DNA from: Octopus sinensis
Lineage: Eukaryota
Reading direction: 5' to 3'
Assembly (NCBI RefSeq): GCF_006345805.1
Contig: NC_043010.1
Coordinates: 65,720,001 to 65,784,000, forward strand
DNA length: 64,000 nt
How positions within the stretch are numbered: the first letter of the stretch is position 1; each line of letters starts with the position of its first letter. Shown here piece by piece: positions 1 through 53,970 of this stretch. The notes beneath the pieces are model-generated. The model did no database searches and was not told the DNA's origin. It worked only from the letters and a program-made list of their open reading frames with translations. Position numbers and translations under genes: made by a program.

Positions 1-78
1 TTTTACATTCTGTGTTCTTCAAGAATTTTTTAGTCAATCAGGAAGTATTAGAGCTGCCTTGCAATATTTGTTGCAAGC

Positions 79-385
79 TTTTACATTCTGAGTTCAAATC
101 CTGCTGAGATCTATGTTGTCTTTCAACCTTCTTGAACCAATAAAACAAAGTACCGGTCCAAGATGATAGATTGGTGGAATCACAAGAGCATTGGACAAAC
201 TATTCTGTTGTACTAGTTCCATCTCTTTTACATTCTGAGTTCAAATCCTGCTGAGATCTATGTTGTCTTTCACCCTTCTTGAACCAATAAAACAAAGTAC
301 CGGTCCAAGATGATAGATTGGTGGAATCACAAGAGCATTGGACAAACTATTCTGTTGTACTAGTTCCATCTCTTTTACATTCTGT
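79..385. repeat. ~147-bp direct tandem duplication (2 full copies plus partial)
   Basis: ttttacattctgagttcaaatcctgctgagatc... starts at 79 and 226; partial restart at 373. Confidence 0.9.
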
Positions 386-529
386 GTTCACTTCTGATAG
401 CATCAGTGGCACCAAGTTATATTGGTTTCCCTTAAACAATATGGCTGGGATGGAAAGAGCTGCATGGGGAACTTCCACATTTGGGATTAAACAGTAAACA
501 AAATCTTTAAGCATATTCTTTATCTTTTA

Positions 530-830
530 CATATTTCAGTCATTAGACTGTGGCCATACTGGGGCACTACCTTGAAGAATTTTAGTTGAATGAGTTGACC
601 CCCCAGGACTTTTCTTTTTAAAGCCTGGTACTTATTTTATTGATCCCTTTTGTCAAACCGCTAAGTTACAGGAACATAAACATACCAACACAAGGACACA
701 CACATATATATGATGGGCTTCTTTCAATTTCCGTCTGGCAAATCCACTTCCATCTTCCAATTCTGTCTACCAAATCTGGAATCATGTGATTGGGAAGCAA
801 GCTTCTTACTGCATAGCCACGCCTGCACCC
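530..830 (-). mobile_element. SINE family C (tRNA-like head, internal TA/CA microsatellite), degenerate
   Basis: Same modules as copies at 30205-31690, 44700-45080, 45118-45445 and 52355-52815. Confidence 0.7.
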
Positions 831-864
831 ATAATATATATCATATATATATTATATGACAAAA

Positions 865-1075
865 ACGTTAGCATGCTGGGGCAAAGTGCTTAGCAGTATT
901 TCGTCCGCCGTTACGTTCTGAGTTCAAATTCCGCTGAGGTCGACTTTGCCTTTCATCCTTTCAGGGTTGATTAAATAAGTACCAGTTACACACTGGGGTC
1001 GATGTTATCGACTTAATCCCTTTGTCTGTCCTTGTTTGTCCCCTCTGTGTTTAGCCTCTTGTAGGCAATAAAGAA
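865..1075 (+). mobile_element. SINE family B (gagttcaaattccgccgaggtcgactttgcctttcatcc core, Nin/Deu-like domain)
   Basis: Near-identical copies at 34445-34675 and 62360-62570; older copies at about 2790-3010, 3765-3950 and 27505-27720. Confidence 0.8.
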
Positions 1076-1077
1076 AT

Positions 1078-1245
1078 CATCATCATCGTTTAACGTCCGT
1101 TCTCCATGCTAGCATGGGTTGGACGGTTCGACCGGGGATCTGAGAAGCCAGAAGGCTGCACCAGGCTCCAGTCTTATCTGGCAATGTTTCTACAGCTGGA
1201 TGCCCTTCCTAACGCCAACCACTCCGTGAGTGTAGTGGGTGCTTT
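1078..1245 (-). mobile_element. Family A retroposon 3' end (ggttggcgttaggaagggcatccagc...gttaaacgatgatgat), RTE-like tail
   Basis: Recurs at 3103-3752, 6603-6923, 11380-11675, 26745-27042 and 39615-39895; explains the repeated MLAWVGRF... ORFs. Confidence 0.8.
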
Positions 1246-1670
1246 TATATATAATATATATCATATAATGGGTTTCCAAGAAAGCTGGTGCAAATGTTTA
1301 CTACAAACTCAATAAACAATATGCTGCAGGCTTTTCTGTTAGTGATTTCCATTTCCTGGGTTAGTTGCCTTAACCATGTCTTAGAGTCCCAGCCACCCTG
1401 GTAGGCTAAATGCATACCCAAGCACCACACCAGAAATTTCTAAATCCTCACATACACGCACAGACATGCATCAATCGTGTAATTTGAAAGCTATGGGCCC
1501 TCTCTTAAGTTCATCTGCCTTTTGACAGTTCAGCCCACAGGGTATAAAAAAAAAAAAAAGCAATGTTTAGAGGTTTCTGTGAAAGCATTAAGATGTTTTT
1601 ACAATTTATTTATGTCAACATAAACATAAAGCCTAACTCGAGATTTAAACTAATTTTCTTTTTTCTTTAG

Positions 1671-40453
<38,783 letters not shown>

Positions 40454-40582
40454 CTGGTTTACCCTGCAACACATTTGATTCATTAACATTATTCCACATT
40501 TGATTGCTTGATGTTATGTAATTGTGACTGGTTACAGTAATCAATATATATGTTTCTTTATTGATTGATACATTTCTTTACT

Positions 40583-40728
40583 ATGTATGTATGTATGTAT
40601 GTATGTGTGTGTGTATGTGTGTGTATATATGTACATATATATATGTATATATATATATGTCTATTTTTATGTACATATGTATATGTATATATGTGTATAT
40701 ATGTATGCATGTATATATATATGAATGC

Positions 40729-40760
<32 letters not shown>

Positions 40761-41390
40761 GACTATGTATATAGATATATATGTATATAGATATGTGTGT
40801 ATGTATATGTGTATACATATAAATATGTATATATGTATATACATATATGTACATATATATGTATGTGTACATGTATATATGTATATATATAAATATGTAT
40901 GCATGTATATATGTATGTATATGTATCTATATGTATATTTATGTATGTATACATGTATGTTTCTATGTGTATGTATGTATATATATGCATGTGTATATAT
41001 GTGTGTGTGTGTGTGTATGTATGTGTGTGTGCATATATATATATATGTATATATATGTGTGTGTGTGTGTATTTCTGTATATGTAGATATATATATACAT
41101 AAATGCATCAGAACAAGTGGAAGGGTGCATACACACATATGTTTGTATACACTCCACAGACTCAGACAATAATTGCATAGATGTCGAGCAATCTAAACAC
41201 CTACACACAAACACACACGCATCCACAAACTTATATGTGGATACACACGCGCAAAACATACATACATATGAACACCCATATATAAAACAAACATATACAC
41301 ACACATGCATCACACACAAATATGAATACATACATACACACACGAACACACATACATACGCACATACATACATACATACATACATACTTT
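40583..41390. repeat. TA/TG/CA microsatellite mosaic just after the stop codon
   Basis: Direct reading. Confidence 0.9.
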
Positions 41391-41509
41391 TCTCAAATTT
41401 AAAATGTAACATAGTTTTCATTATCTACATTCCAATGATGGAGCTTCCTATCCTTGTAAGAAACCAGCTCCTTTTTTAGAGAAAGAATTTAATTAAAAAG
41501 AGCGTTCAT

Positions 41510-42165
41510 ACCTCCCACTTCCTTTTAATACCGCCCACATCCTTTCCATACCTCCCACTTCCTTTTAATACCGCCCACATCCTTTCCATACCTCCCACTT
41601 CCTTTTAATACCGCCCACATCCTTTTAATACCTCCCACTTCCTTTTCATGCCTCCCACTTCCTTTTAATACCGCCCACATCCTTTCCATGCCTCCCACAT
41701 CCTTTCCATACCTCCCACTTCCTTTCCATACTTCCCACTTCCTTTTAATACCTCCCACTTCCTTTTAATACCGCCCACATCCTTTCCATACTTCCCACTT
41801 CCTTTTAATACCTCCCACTTCCTTTAAATACCTCCCACTTCCTTTTCATGCCTCCCACTTCCTTTTAATACCGCCCACATCCTTTTAATACCTCCCACTT
41901 CCTGTTAATACCTCCCACTTCCTTTTCATGCCTCCCACTTCCTTTTAATACCTCCCACTTCCTTTTAATACCTCCCACTTCCTTTTAATACCGCCCACAT
42001 CCTTTCCATACTTCCCACTTCCTTTTAATACCTCCCACTTTCTTTAAATACCTCCCACTTCCTTTTCATGCCTCCCACTTCCTTTTAATACCGCCCACAT
42101 CCTTTCCATACCTCCCACTTCCTTTTCATACCTCCCACTTCCTTTTAATACCTTCCACTTCTTTT
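41510..42165. repeat. 20-bp minisatellite cctcccacttccttttaata (about 32 copies)
   Basis: Variants ccgcccacat, ttttcatg and tttccata alternate. Confidence 0.95.
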
Positions 42166-42208
<43 letters not shown>

Positions 42209-43084
42209 CTCACTGTTCATCTATCCATCTGTCTGCCTGTCTCTTCCATGACTTAGTGTCCTGTCCCATATGATTACTTAGCTGAATTTATGACATATCT
42301 CATTTGCCTGGATAGTGTTATGTCACACCTGATTATTCAGCATTTTGTCACATGTGATTCAGCATGATTGAGAGGCAACTCTCAGACATATTTCCGTCTT
42401 ATTAGAACCTCATTAGCAAATTTTTATACGATACCAGGGCATGATCGTGTCTTCTACTATAGCCCGAGGCTATAGTAGAAGACACTTGCCCATGGTGTCT
42501 TGCAGTGGGACTGAACCCGGAACCATGTGGTTGGTAAGCAAGCTACTTACCACACAGCCACTCCTACGCCTATATTTGTCCAAAATAGCATTAAAACTGT
42601 TAGGTGTTCAGCATTAGAATATTCCTTTTGATTATAGGTCTGCCCAATCAACCACATATACCTTGGTCTTCAATTTCTCCATCATATACGAAAAATTCGC
42701 AACTGACAAGTAAGCAAGCAACACAAGTGCTTAGATTGTTACTATGGGAACAGGCACCAATATGTCTGTGGTTTTCGATTGGCTAAAATTACCCCAAATT
42801 TGCAAACTTTAAAAGTTATTAACTTTTTACTTATTAATTTAAGGCAAAAATGAATTTCGTTTCCATAATTAGCATACAAAACTACATAAATACACCAAAC
42901 CTGAAATTAATTGGAACAAAATTGAAGGAATTGAAAAGTGAAAGCCAAACAGAAAAGACCCATCGATTTAAATCTACATCTCGCGGGTCTCTTTGCTGGG
43001 AGTATTTGAGGGAGGATGGGAAGGGTGTTGCTTCAAGGTAAGGACTGCATAGTACAACCTAAAAAATATAGTTTCTTTTTACCA

Positions 43085-43560
43085 ATCAACATTCCAACAC
43101 ATCATGTAATACATTTACACACTAACCAGGATATTTACTCACCAAAAAATACATTAACACATTAACCAACATTCCAGCGCACCAACCAATATACTTACAC
43201 ACCAAACAACATTCCAACACACTAACCAGTGTTCCAACCCACCAACCAAACACATTTACACACCAACAAATACATTAACACATTAACCAACATTCCAACG
43301 CACCAACTAACATTCCAACGCACCAACCAATACGTTTACACATCAACCAACATTCCAACACACTAACCAATACGTTTACACATTAACCAACATTCCAGCA
43401 CACCAACCAATATACTTACACACCAAACAACATTCCAACACACTAACCAGTGTTCCAACCCACTAACCAACATTCCAAGCCACCAACCAAACACATTTAC
43501 ACACCAACCAATACGTTTACACATCAACCAACATTCCAACACACTAACCACACAAGCCAA
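43085..43560. repeat. ~20-bp CA-rich minisatellite (accaaccaacattccaacac / accaaccaatacgtttacac)
   Basis: Direct reading. Confidence 0.85.
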
Positions 43561-43859
43561 TACACCAGCCAAAACCAGCCATTTCCACTCCAACTCTAAT
43601 CTTTACTCTGTACATAAAAAAATTCAGTGTGTAAATTTACACATCTAAACAGACTCTATATATTCATGATGTAAAATTTCTGACCTCTATTTTTATCTCT
43701 TTTCTATGAAAATATAATTTAAATAAATTAAATGGAATAAAGATATTTTTGAAAAATACGAGCAGCTTTTTTATTTATTTATTTTAGTTTACATGTGTTT
43801 GCACTGTTGTCTTCTTCTTCTTTTTCTTCTTCTCCCAATCAGGAGTCATGCCATTAGCC

Positions 43860-44305
43860 ACAAAAAATAATCTCTAATTCGAGCCTACTCTAAGCTACTA
43901 AGAATGCATGCGGCAACTTGAAGATCCACCCACCATAAATGATAGACTGGTGGTTGCATGGGCACGAAAGCTACGTTGTTATCCTCATCCCGTAAACGGT
44001 GGATTTTAATGGGTGGAGAGCTGAACCATTCTGGGGTACAGAGGATTTGCAATCTAGACTAGGGTCTGAAAGTTTACCACACCATAGTGGGTTACACCAT
44101 GGTTCCTCTGCTTTGCGGCAGAAGTAGGAAGAAAGAGTGAGAGAAAGTTGTGGTGAAAGAGTACAGCGGGGTTCACCACCATCCCCCGCCGGAGCCTCAT
44201 GGAGCGTAGGTGTTTTTGCTCAATAAACACTCACAATGCCCTCTCTGGGAATCGAAACCATGTTCTTACGACCGCGTGTCCACTGCCCTAACCACTGGGC
44301 CATTG
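43860..44305 (-). mobile_element. Family D head with a distinct 3' module
   Basis: Shared head and aactttctctcactc block, followed by an unrelated tail. Confidence 0.65.
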
Positions 44306-44699
44306 TGCTGTTGTTGCTGTCTTTACTGCTATTGTTGCTGTTGTTGTTGTATAACTACCGACTGCTTTGATTGCATAGACCTATCACCATTGATGTTCCA
44401 TCTGTAACCATTCTCTGCTTTTGAATATCAAATACTACACCATCCGATGTGATTGTTTTCTTTTTCATGATGATAGGATGTATTTGAAAGGGACCTGGCT
44501 GTTATTTCAGCCCTCAACAACTAATAACCCTGTAGCAGGAATATTTAGCAACTGAACCCAGATAACTGTATCCCATGTAAACAAACAACTCAACAATACA
44601 ATCATGATTTGCTAGAATATTACCCCCCCCCAAAAAAATGACCATTCAAGACTTCATGTAGAATCACATCTAACAAGTTCATCTTTATTCTTTTATTCT

Positions 44700-44896
44700 T
44701 TTACTTGTTTCGGTCATTTGACTGCAACCATGCTGGAGCACCGCCTTTAGTCGAGCAAATCGACCCCAGGACTTATTCTTTGTAAGCCTAGTACTTATTC
44801 TATCAGTCTCTTTTGCCGAACCACTAAGTTATGCGGACGTAAACACACCAGCGTTGGTTGTCAAGCGATGTCGGAGTGACAAATAGACACACAAAC

Positions 44897-44941
<45 letters not shown>

Positions 44942-45445
44942 CACACACACACGACGGGCTTCTTTCAGTTTCCGTCTACCAAATCCACTCACAAGGCTTT
45001 GGTAGGCCCGAGGCTATAGTAGAAGACACTTGCCCAAGATGCCACACAGTAGGACTGAACCCAGAACCATGTGGTTGGTATGCTGTATAACTATGAGAAA
45101 CATAGTTAGTCAATCTATAGGTGCAGGAGTGGCAATGTGGTAAGTAGCTTGCTTACCAACCACATGGTTCCGGGTTCAGTCCCACTGCATGGCACCTTGA
45201 GCAAGTGTCTTCTACTATAGCTTTGTGATTGGATTTGGTAGACAGAAACTGAAAGAAGCCCATAGTATATAAATATGTATGTGTATGTTCTCGTGTGTCT
45301 GTGTTTGTTCCAACTTAGCAGTTTGGCAAAAGAGACTGATAGAATAAGTATTAGGCTTACAAAGAATAAGTCCTGGGAGTGATTTGCTCGACTAAAGGCG
45401 GTGCTCCAGCATGGCTGCAGTCAAATGACTGAAACAAATAAAAGA
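44700..45445. mobile_element. Two family C SINEs in inverted, head-to-head arrangement (44700-45080 minus, 45118-45445 plus)
   Basis: Mutual reverse-complement similarity. Confidence 0.8.
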
Positions 45446-45789
45446 ATGGTATTAGAGGGAGGGGGGATACTTGTATGAAGAAGAACAACAACAACAACAA
45501 ACAATTTGTTTTCCTGTTTTATTTCAAATGTCTTGAATTCATCTTTTATTTTGTAGCAGACTTGAAAGAGAAGATACAAACATTTTATTGTACAAGAGAA
45601 TCTTGATGACAATATGATATGAAGCATCAAGCATACGTACAGACGTACACACACATTTATACATACATATATGATGTGTATGAAGCATGTGTGTTTGTGT
45701 GTGTGTATAAATATATATTTATATATTTATACACACAACATATATGTAGAGAGATAACATCCAGGCATGCCTGTATAAAAGTATGTATG

Positions 45790-45826
<37 letters not shown>

Positions 45827-45893
45827 GTGTTTATGTATGTATGTGTGTATATATATATATATGTGTGTGTGTGTGTATGTATGTATGTGTGTG

Positions 45894-45936
<43 letters not shown>

Positions 45937-46909
45937 GTATATATATATATATGGCACAAATGTATAAAAGAAATACAACAAATCCTTGTATGGAATATAA
46001 AGGTAAAAATAAGGCTGTAGGGATAATTATCAACAGAACAGTAATTAATTGCTATTCGTTTATACATGGAACTAATGAATGAGTACTGGACATGTCAGTT
46101 ATTTAGTCGTCTGTCCCTTAAGGATTTAGTCTTATTCTTAGTTACAGTCCCCAACTGGTCAATACAGATGTGTTTGGGTCAAGTGTTTTAGTATGATGTA
46201 TCAACTTACTGACTATTATTTGTTGATCTTAACTTAGTAATAAGTCTTCTTTAAGCCTGATATATCTCCTTACAATGTGACATGTCTTGTATCAGTACAG
46301 AACTGTACATCACCCAAGAGTGTGTTATCTCACCTAAGACAGTGCTATATCTTCTTGCAGTATCATCTTTAACAATGCCGTATCCCTATGCAAAACCTGT
46401 TTTTAAAATTTGGCAGTTGGGTGGGAGGTAGTTACCACACCATTGTTTAAACAGTATGTTTCCTACCCCCTTACGTTTGATGACCAAAGGGGGTCTCAGC
46501 ATTAGAATTACTATACACTTTGCTCTATGAACCACTCTACATCTTTCTGTGCTGTTTGAGAAAATGTTGATGATTTAGCAGTATTACACAAGAAGTACCC
46601 TTTGGACAGTGTGTCAGCTGTATACTCTGTTATGTACCCTCACAACAACCAGTCAGCTGTACAAAGCAAGTCATATGTACCCTGACATCTGAGCCATAGC
46701 TGTACATGATGGTCTCATGTACCCTGATCACCAAACTTTAGCTTTGATATTCATTCATTTACTTTGATATTTTAGCCTCTTGTGTTGAGTTTAGAGCAAT
46801 GTACCTGACGCTTAAAAAACAGCTGTATATCTCAGAAAGATGTAAAAAAACAGTCACTCCACCGATTACAATGACTAAGGTTCCAGTTGATCCGATCATC
46901 AGCATCATC

Positions 46910-47290
46910 ATCATCGTCATCATCATCGTTTAACGTCTGCTTTCCATGCTAGCATGGGTTGGACGATTTTGTCTGAGGGCTGGCGAACCAGATGGCTGCA
47001 CCAGGCTCCAATCTTGATCTGGCAGAGAATTGCGAAATTAACATGCGAGTGGCTGAGCATTCCTCAGACACACATACCCTTCATGAAGTTCTCGGGAAAA
47101 TTCAGCATGACACAGAAAGTGACAGGGCCGGCCCCTTTGAACTCCAGGCACAACTCATTTTTGCCAGTTAGAGAACTGGAGCAACATGAAATAAAGTGTC
47201 TTGCTCAAGGATTCAATGCACCACTTGGTATTGAACTCTTGATCTTACAATTGTAAGTTGAATGCCCTAACCACTGAGCCATGTGCCTTC
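46910..47290 (-). mobile_element. Family D fragment abutting a family A tail
   Basis: Match to 4507-4893 body and to the family A 3' end. Confidence 0.6.
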
Positions 47291-47294
47291 ACTG

Positions 47295-47560
47295 GAGAGG
47301 TGTACCCTGATAGTGGAGCTATAGCTTTGATTTTAGGGTGATGTATCCTAGAAGTTGAGATTCAGCTGTATATTTTAGGGGACACACCTTAATAGCTGAA
47401 CAATATCTTTATTTTAGGGCAATGTATCCTTGTAGTCAAGCAAAAGTGATTTATTTTAGGATGATGTCCCTTCAGAGTTGAACTAGAGCTGTATATTTGA
47501 GGGTGGCGTACCCTGATACTTGAGCGAACGTATATTTGAAGGGGTAGTTGAGCAATAGCC
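47295..47560. repeat. Degenerate ~41-bp minisatellite (ttttagggtgatgtatcct...)
   Basis: ttttaggg-like anchors at regular spacing. Confidence 0.6.
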
Positions 47561-48124
47561 TGTTAAATACTTCCATGATGTTATTTCTTGCAACGAAAAA
47601 TAGCAAAAGATGGGGATGAGAAGGGAAGGTCCACAGCTTCATAAATTTGAAACATTGATGGTAAAAGATGGAAGGGAAGCTGACTAATTTGAGTGGGTCT
47701 TTACAATATCTAATCGTCAGAGTATTCTAAATAAACAACGAATCATTGCATTATTTAGCTGATAGGGATCCCTGAACCAATGATAAACCTTTTCGGCAGT
47801 GTTTTGTTTTAGGGATACATTATAAAACTGGTTCTTTGGAGTTTATAGTGTTTAAATAAGTTGGGGTCATCAGTAGAACCCTTCTAATGATCAGTATTTA
47901 AGGTTTTCAGGATCAGCTTTTAGAGGTTTCGGTATCGGTAATCAAAGCTCAATAGTGACTAACCCTAAATAATAGTATTTTCATTATTATGGATCACTGA
48001 GTCAAAATTGATCCTTGTTTCTTCTAATGTTCAAGGTCTCAAAACCAACTACAAACTTAAGGTTTCTGTATTGTTTAGAAGGTGGGGAGGGTCTTCAGAT
48101 TTAGCATGCCAGCTAGGGGCCCAG

Positions 48125-48825
48125 TATGGTGGTGGTGGTGGTGGTGGTGATGGGAACATTGAAATTGGAGGGAGGAGGAGCAAGGGGACTGATGGGGACA
48201 ATGAAAGAGATTAAGGGTGTTAGAATTGTTGGTGTTGAGTGACGTATTTTTGATGGTGTTGGATGTGGTGGTGGTGATGGAAATATTGCCGGCGGTGTTG
48301 TTGTTATGGGTGGTGGTGGTGGTGGTAGTGGTGGTGGTAGTGGTCAAAATTGTAATAGGTGTTAGGGCTGATGACAGTAGTGGTAGTGGTGATAGTTGCA
48401 ATGAACTTGTTGATGCTGATGATGATGATGATGATGATTAAGAAGTAGAGGCAGAGAAGAAGCAATGACAACAATGATACCGATAGTATTGATGATAACA
48501 GTTATGATGATGGTGCTGTCAATGATGATGATGATGAAAATGACAATGATGACGATGTTGAGGATAATGATAACGATGATGACTACGACACTGGTGATGA
48601 TGATGATGATGATGATGACAGTGCTGGCGACAGCAATGACAACAATGTCAGCAATTAGAAACAGTGAGGAGGATGACATTGGTGATGATGATGATGATGA
48701 TGATGATGGCATTGGTGATGATGATGATGACATTGGTGATGATGATGATGATGATGACATTGGTGATGATGATGATGACGACGATGACCGCAGTAGCAAT
48801 GACAACAACAAAGATGATGACAGGA
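48125..48825. repeat. GGT/GAT trinucleotide low-complexity tract
   Basis: Direct reading; similar tracts at 39990-40262, 50453-50825, 62150-62350 and 62900-63330. Confidence 0.9.
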
Positions 48826-49222
48826 TCTTAAATACAGTACCGTCTCAGCAGCTCTGGGCATCACTTACGAACAAGTCTGCAATGATGCCCATGTTAACCA
48901 CTGCCAGCTCCCTAATTTACTATCACAGCTCACCTAATAAACATTCTCTGGTGGGGTCCAGTAAGAGATCTTTAGGTGGGGATTGAAACCAGCTTTCTGT
49001 CAAACAGACAGAGTGTGGCCGTGTTGTCCTTTCTTACATGGTAGAAATGTAGTTAAAATGCAGGTGATGCACAATAACTGCATAGTCACATCTCATATTA
49101 TGATCTGTCGAAAATATTTTTTTTAAGCGAAATAGAAGAAAGCCACAAATCCACATATGTATGTGGGCGATTAATTAATTAATTAACTAATTAAATATGT
49201 AGACGCACACACATACACACAA

Positions 49223-49303
<81 letters not shown>

Positions 49304-49464
49304 TATACATATACATATGTGTGTGTGTGTGCGTGTGTGTGCAACTAGTGTGTATTTGTGTGTGTGTCTTCGTGTGCGTGCTTATGTGAAGATCAGACCT
49401 AATATTATATATATATAAATGTGTATACCTGGATGTATGTGTATGTGCATGTGTATATGTGTGT

Positions 49465-49511
<47 letters not shown>

Positions 49512-50060
49512 CACACATGTATATATATATGCATATACATATATACGTATGTATATATATATATGCATATATATGTGTGTGTGTGTGTATATATATTCCT
49601 GCATGAATGTGTTTACATAGGGCAACTCCTTATGAAAACACATTCGTAGGAATAGAAAAATGTTTGTGTGCATGCATGCATGCGTATGTGTAGCCATACA
49701 TATATACATATACATATGTAAGCACACACACCCACCCATATATCTATATACATACACACCTATATAGTCATATATATATACACACACATATATGTGTTAT
49801 ATATGCATAGATGTATAGTGTTATATATAAGCATATATTTAAGCTCAGAAACCCTAAAATTATTTGCTAAATTACATATTATATAAAATTTTACTGCACA
49901 GCAAGTGAATCTATATGGGTAGGTGGGTAGGTTTTCTCCGGCACAAAATGTTATTTGTATCAGTTCTTGGTCATCTCCACACACCTGTATACATACACAC
50001 ACACACACATATATATAAATGAATATGCATTATACATATATGTGTATGTGTGTGCATCTG

Positions 50061-50102
<42 letters not shown>

Positions 50103-52354
50103 TATATATATATATAAATGTATGTCAATCTATTTATTCATTTATTAATTTATATATATGTGTATATATTTATATATTTATATATACATGTATATGTAAT
50201 TGTATATGAAGAGTTATTTATGCATATGTATACATGTTCATACTAACATTTGCATGTATACATATATATCTAAACTATCATGCATTTTTTTTTTATGTAT
50301 TTCTTTATAAATGGAAAGAATAAAAATTTATTGCTATAATTATTGCTAATAATAATAATAATTATAATAATAATTGATAATAATACTGCTTTCTTACTTT
50401 AATGAATTCTCATAACCTTGCATGGTTTACCTTAATACAATTCTAATTTTAATCATCATCATCATCATCATTATTGTCCTCATTGCAATTATCATCGTAA
50501 TCATCATCATCATCAACATCATCATCATCATCAACATCATCATCATCATCATCATCATCATCGTCGTCATCATCATCATCACTGTCATCACTATCATCAT
50601 CATTGTTGTCATCATTATCATCATTGCCATCATCCTCTTCATTTCCAACATCATTATAGTCATCATCATCATCATCCTTCATTTGCATTGTCGTCATCTT
50701 CATCATCATTAACAAGTGATCATTATCTTCATATTTTTCATCATCACTATCATCATCATCATTATCATCAACACAATCTTTTCTGTCATTGATAATGTTC
50801 TCATCACCATCACCATCAACACTATAACTACTATTGTTATGGTATATTCCCACCCTGGGCCACCAGTTGACATTTGGAATAGATTTCATATGTTTACTCT
50901 ACTTCGTGTCATGATTCTAAGGACTCATCATGTGACCACTTTTATTAGTCATGTGACCACAGCTGTCTGCCACATAACCAATGATGTCACTGGTTAAACT
51001 ATTTCAGTCAATCATGTGACCAATGTTGTCTATCACATGTTCAGTGTTGTCAGTCACATAACCAACACTATAGGTCACATGTTCAGCATTGTCAGTCATG
51101 TGACCATTATTGTCTGTCTCACAACTTCTCTATGTCATGTGACCACTGTTGTAAGTCATGTGATACACAATGTATCACATGGATCAATAACAACCCTAAA
51201 AGTTTGGCACTGACTGGATCAGAGATAACTGGATTAGGTTAGACCAGTCTATTCCAGATTGATCTGGATAGATAGTGATATGGTAAACTTGATTAGAATA
51301 AACTGGTTTGAACAAGAAATATCTAGATTTCTAACAACATATCTAAATTGTGCTGGATGAGATATGATTCTACCAAACAGCTCTAGTAAAACTGTACTGG
51401 ATTGGATTGGAGGAAACTGAACTGGTGAAGACCAGTCTGAACAAGAATAGACCAGATAGAACTAGTTGATTATTCAATATCTCAATGAATTTCAAAGTCC
51501 CTGAGTTTCATTTAAGACAGTCAAGTTGCTTCTTTATCTTTTTCTTTCTTTTTTTTTTTTCGGTGGGTGGAGGGGGCATGATTTGGGTGTTTGTCATGGT
51601 TGGTCGCAAAGGTTGATTAAATTAGCACCCAGATAGTATACGGTCATGGGTGGATGGTTGTAGATGCTGACAGTACCTGGGGGTTAGAGTTAATGTGTGT
51701 GATTCATTGTGGTGGTGTATCTTCTGTTTGGTTAACTGCTTTGATGTTGTTCGACTGTTTCAGCCACAACTGATTCGGTGCTGCCACTCCACAACAACAA
51801 CAACAAAAACAACAACAACAGCAACAGCAACAAGAGCAGCAGCATTATGGGCAACAGCAGCAGAAGCTTCATGAACAGCAGCAGCAGCAGCAAAAGAATG
51901 AGGGTGTTTTTATATGGTTGGGTTGTTTCACTTGCTAGAAGTAGCAGCCAAATTTCCCTCAAAATCACAACATGTTATCTTAAAATATGGGATATACATT
52001 GACTGAAACGAAAAATTAAGAAAGGAGAAGAAAAAAAACATAATAGCCCTTTTGATCGGATCGATCGGAACTGACCCGGGGCTAAACAACAAACATAAAA
52101 AAAAAAACCAGCAAAAAGAACAAAAATAACATCACTAGTAATAGCAACAACAATAATAACAATGTAGGGATCTAGCTTGACCTCTCCTTGACCAGCGCAG
52201 GTCCTAGTGGGTCGAGTGTTTCAAATCTCAGGCAGGGTCAAGCTCGACCCCTACAACAACACCAAAAGCAATAACATCGTTAATAAAAGTAACACTAAGC
52301 ATTTCTAGAATCGGCTCAATTTTCTGCCAACGTTTTGTAGGTAGACATATTCTT

Positions 52355-52611
52355 TTCTTTCACTTGTTTCAGTCATTTTGACTGCGGCCATGCTGGAGCA
52401 CCGTCTTTGGTTGAACAAATCAACCCCAGGACTTATTCTTTGTAAGCCTAGTACTTATTCTGTCCGTCTCTTTTGCCGAACGGCTAAGTTACGGGGATGT
52501 AAACATATCAACATCGGTTGTCAAGTGATGGTGAGAGGACAAACACAGACACACAAATACATACATACATACATACATACATACATACATACATACATAC
52601 ATACATACATA

Positions 52612-52662
<51 letters not shown>

Positions 52663-52815
52663 ACGGGCTTCTTTCAGTTTTCGTCAACCAAATCCATTCT
52701 CAAGGCTTTGGTTGGCCCGAGGCTATAGTAGAAGACACTTGCCCAAGGTGCCACGCAGTGGAGTTGAACCCGGAATTATGTGGTTGAGAAGTAAGTTTCT
52801 TACTACACAGCCATT
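52355..52815 (-). mobile_element. Family C SINE with internal (TACA)n(TA)n
   Basis: Match to 30205-31690 flanks. Confidence 0.85.
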
Positions 52816-53213
52816 CCTGTCAATAAAGAAAAATAATAATTTTTTTTTCATCTTGGGCATTTTTTGAGGTAGTTTACTATTCCCACACTTCATCGCCTCG
52901 TTTTCTTTTCTTTTTTTTTTTACAACTATAATAACAACAATAACAATTACAACATAAGTGAGACAAACCACCACCACCGACGACAATCCGTGACCATGGG
53001 TGTACGACAGAGTTTGACAGTTATCTCCCTTGATTTTCTTAACCAGATTCAATCGTCATGACACTTTGAGCCTAGGAGGAATAAGAATCTATATGTAGCT
53101 ACTTTATCTGCTAGAAATAGCAGCTTATTGTTCTTCAGACTTCATTCTATGATCTTCAAAAAAAAAAAAAAAAGACGGGCCGAATTGAGGTTAAACAACA
53201 ACATGACCTGTAG

Positions 53214-53270
<57 letters not shown>

Positions 53271-53909
53271 TAATAACCAAAAATTACAATATTCTGAACA
53301 TTTGAAGCTAACAAAGCGGGTTCGGTTTCCAATAAATGAGAATGTTTTTCGCTGGCATCACTTTTTTGCCTTTTAGCAAAATGAAAACAACCTGCACATT
53401 AGTTCGGATAAATTTTCTAATTTATAGTGTCCTAAGCACAACATTGCTTCTATTTCTTGCTTAAATTCCGGGCTTTCGTCTTCAGAATTTCAAAATGCAT
53501 AGATTTGAAACAAAAACAAAAATGTTAATGGTTTCATAAATAAAATTTCTTATCACAGACGAAGATCTGAGACTTGAAATACGCGCGAACGAACATTTAA
53601 ACTTTTTCTATTTGTCTCTTTTCTTTCTTTTTTGGTTGGCGTTGCACTTTCATTTGCAGACGATTCGTTCTTTAATTCTTTTACTAGTTTCAGTCGTAGA
53701 ACTGCAGCCATTCTAATGCACCGACTTCAAAGGATTTTGGTGGTTGAATTGACTACAATACTTTTAGATGATATGTCTTTCACTGACCTCGGAAGAGAAA
53801 GAAAGACAACATCAGCCAACAACTGACACGCAGAATTATTTTGGGTTTGATACAGCGCTATTTTCCCAGAGAACGCCTTCATAAACATATATACACGTAT
53901 GCATGTGTA

Positions 53910-53970
<61 letters not shown>

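Noticed and set aside
53478-53497. CTGAAGA-C-GAAA on the minus strand
   Set aside because: No stem II and no closing stems.
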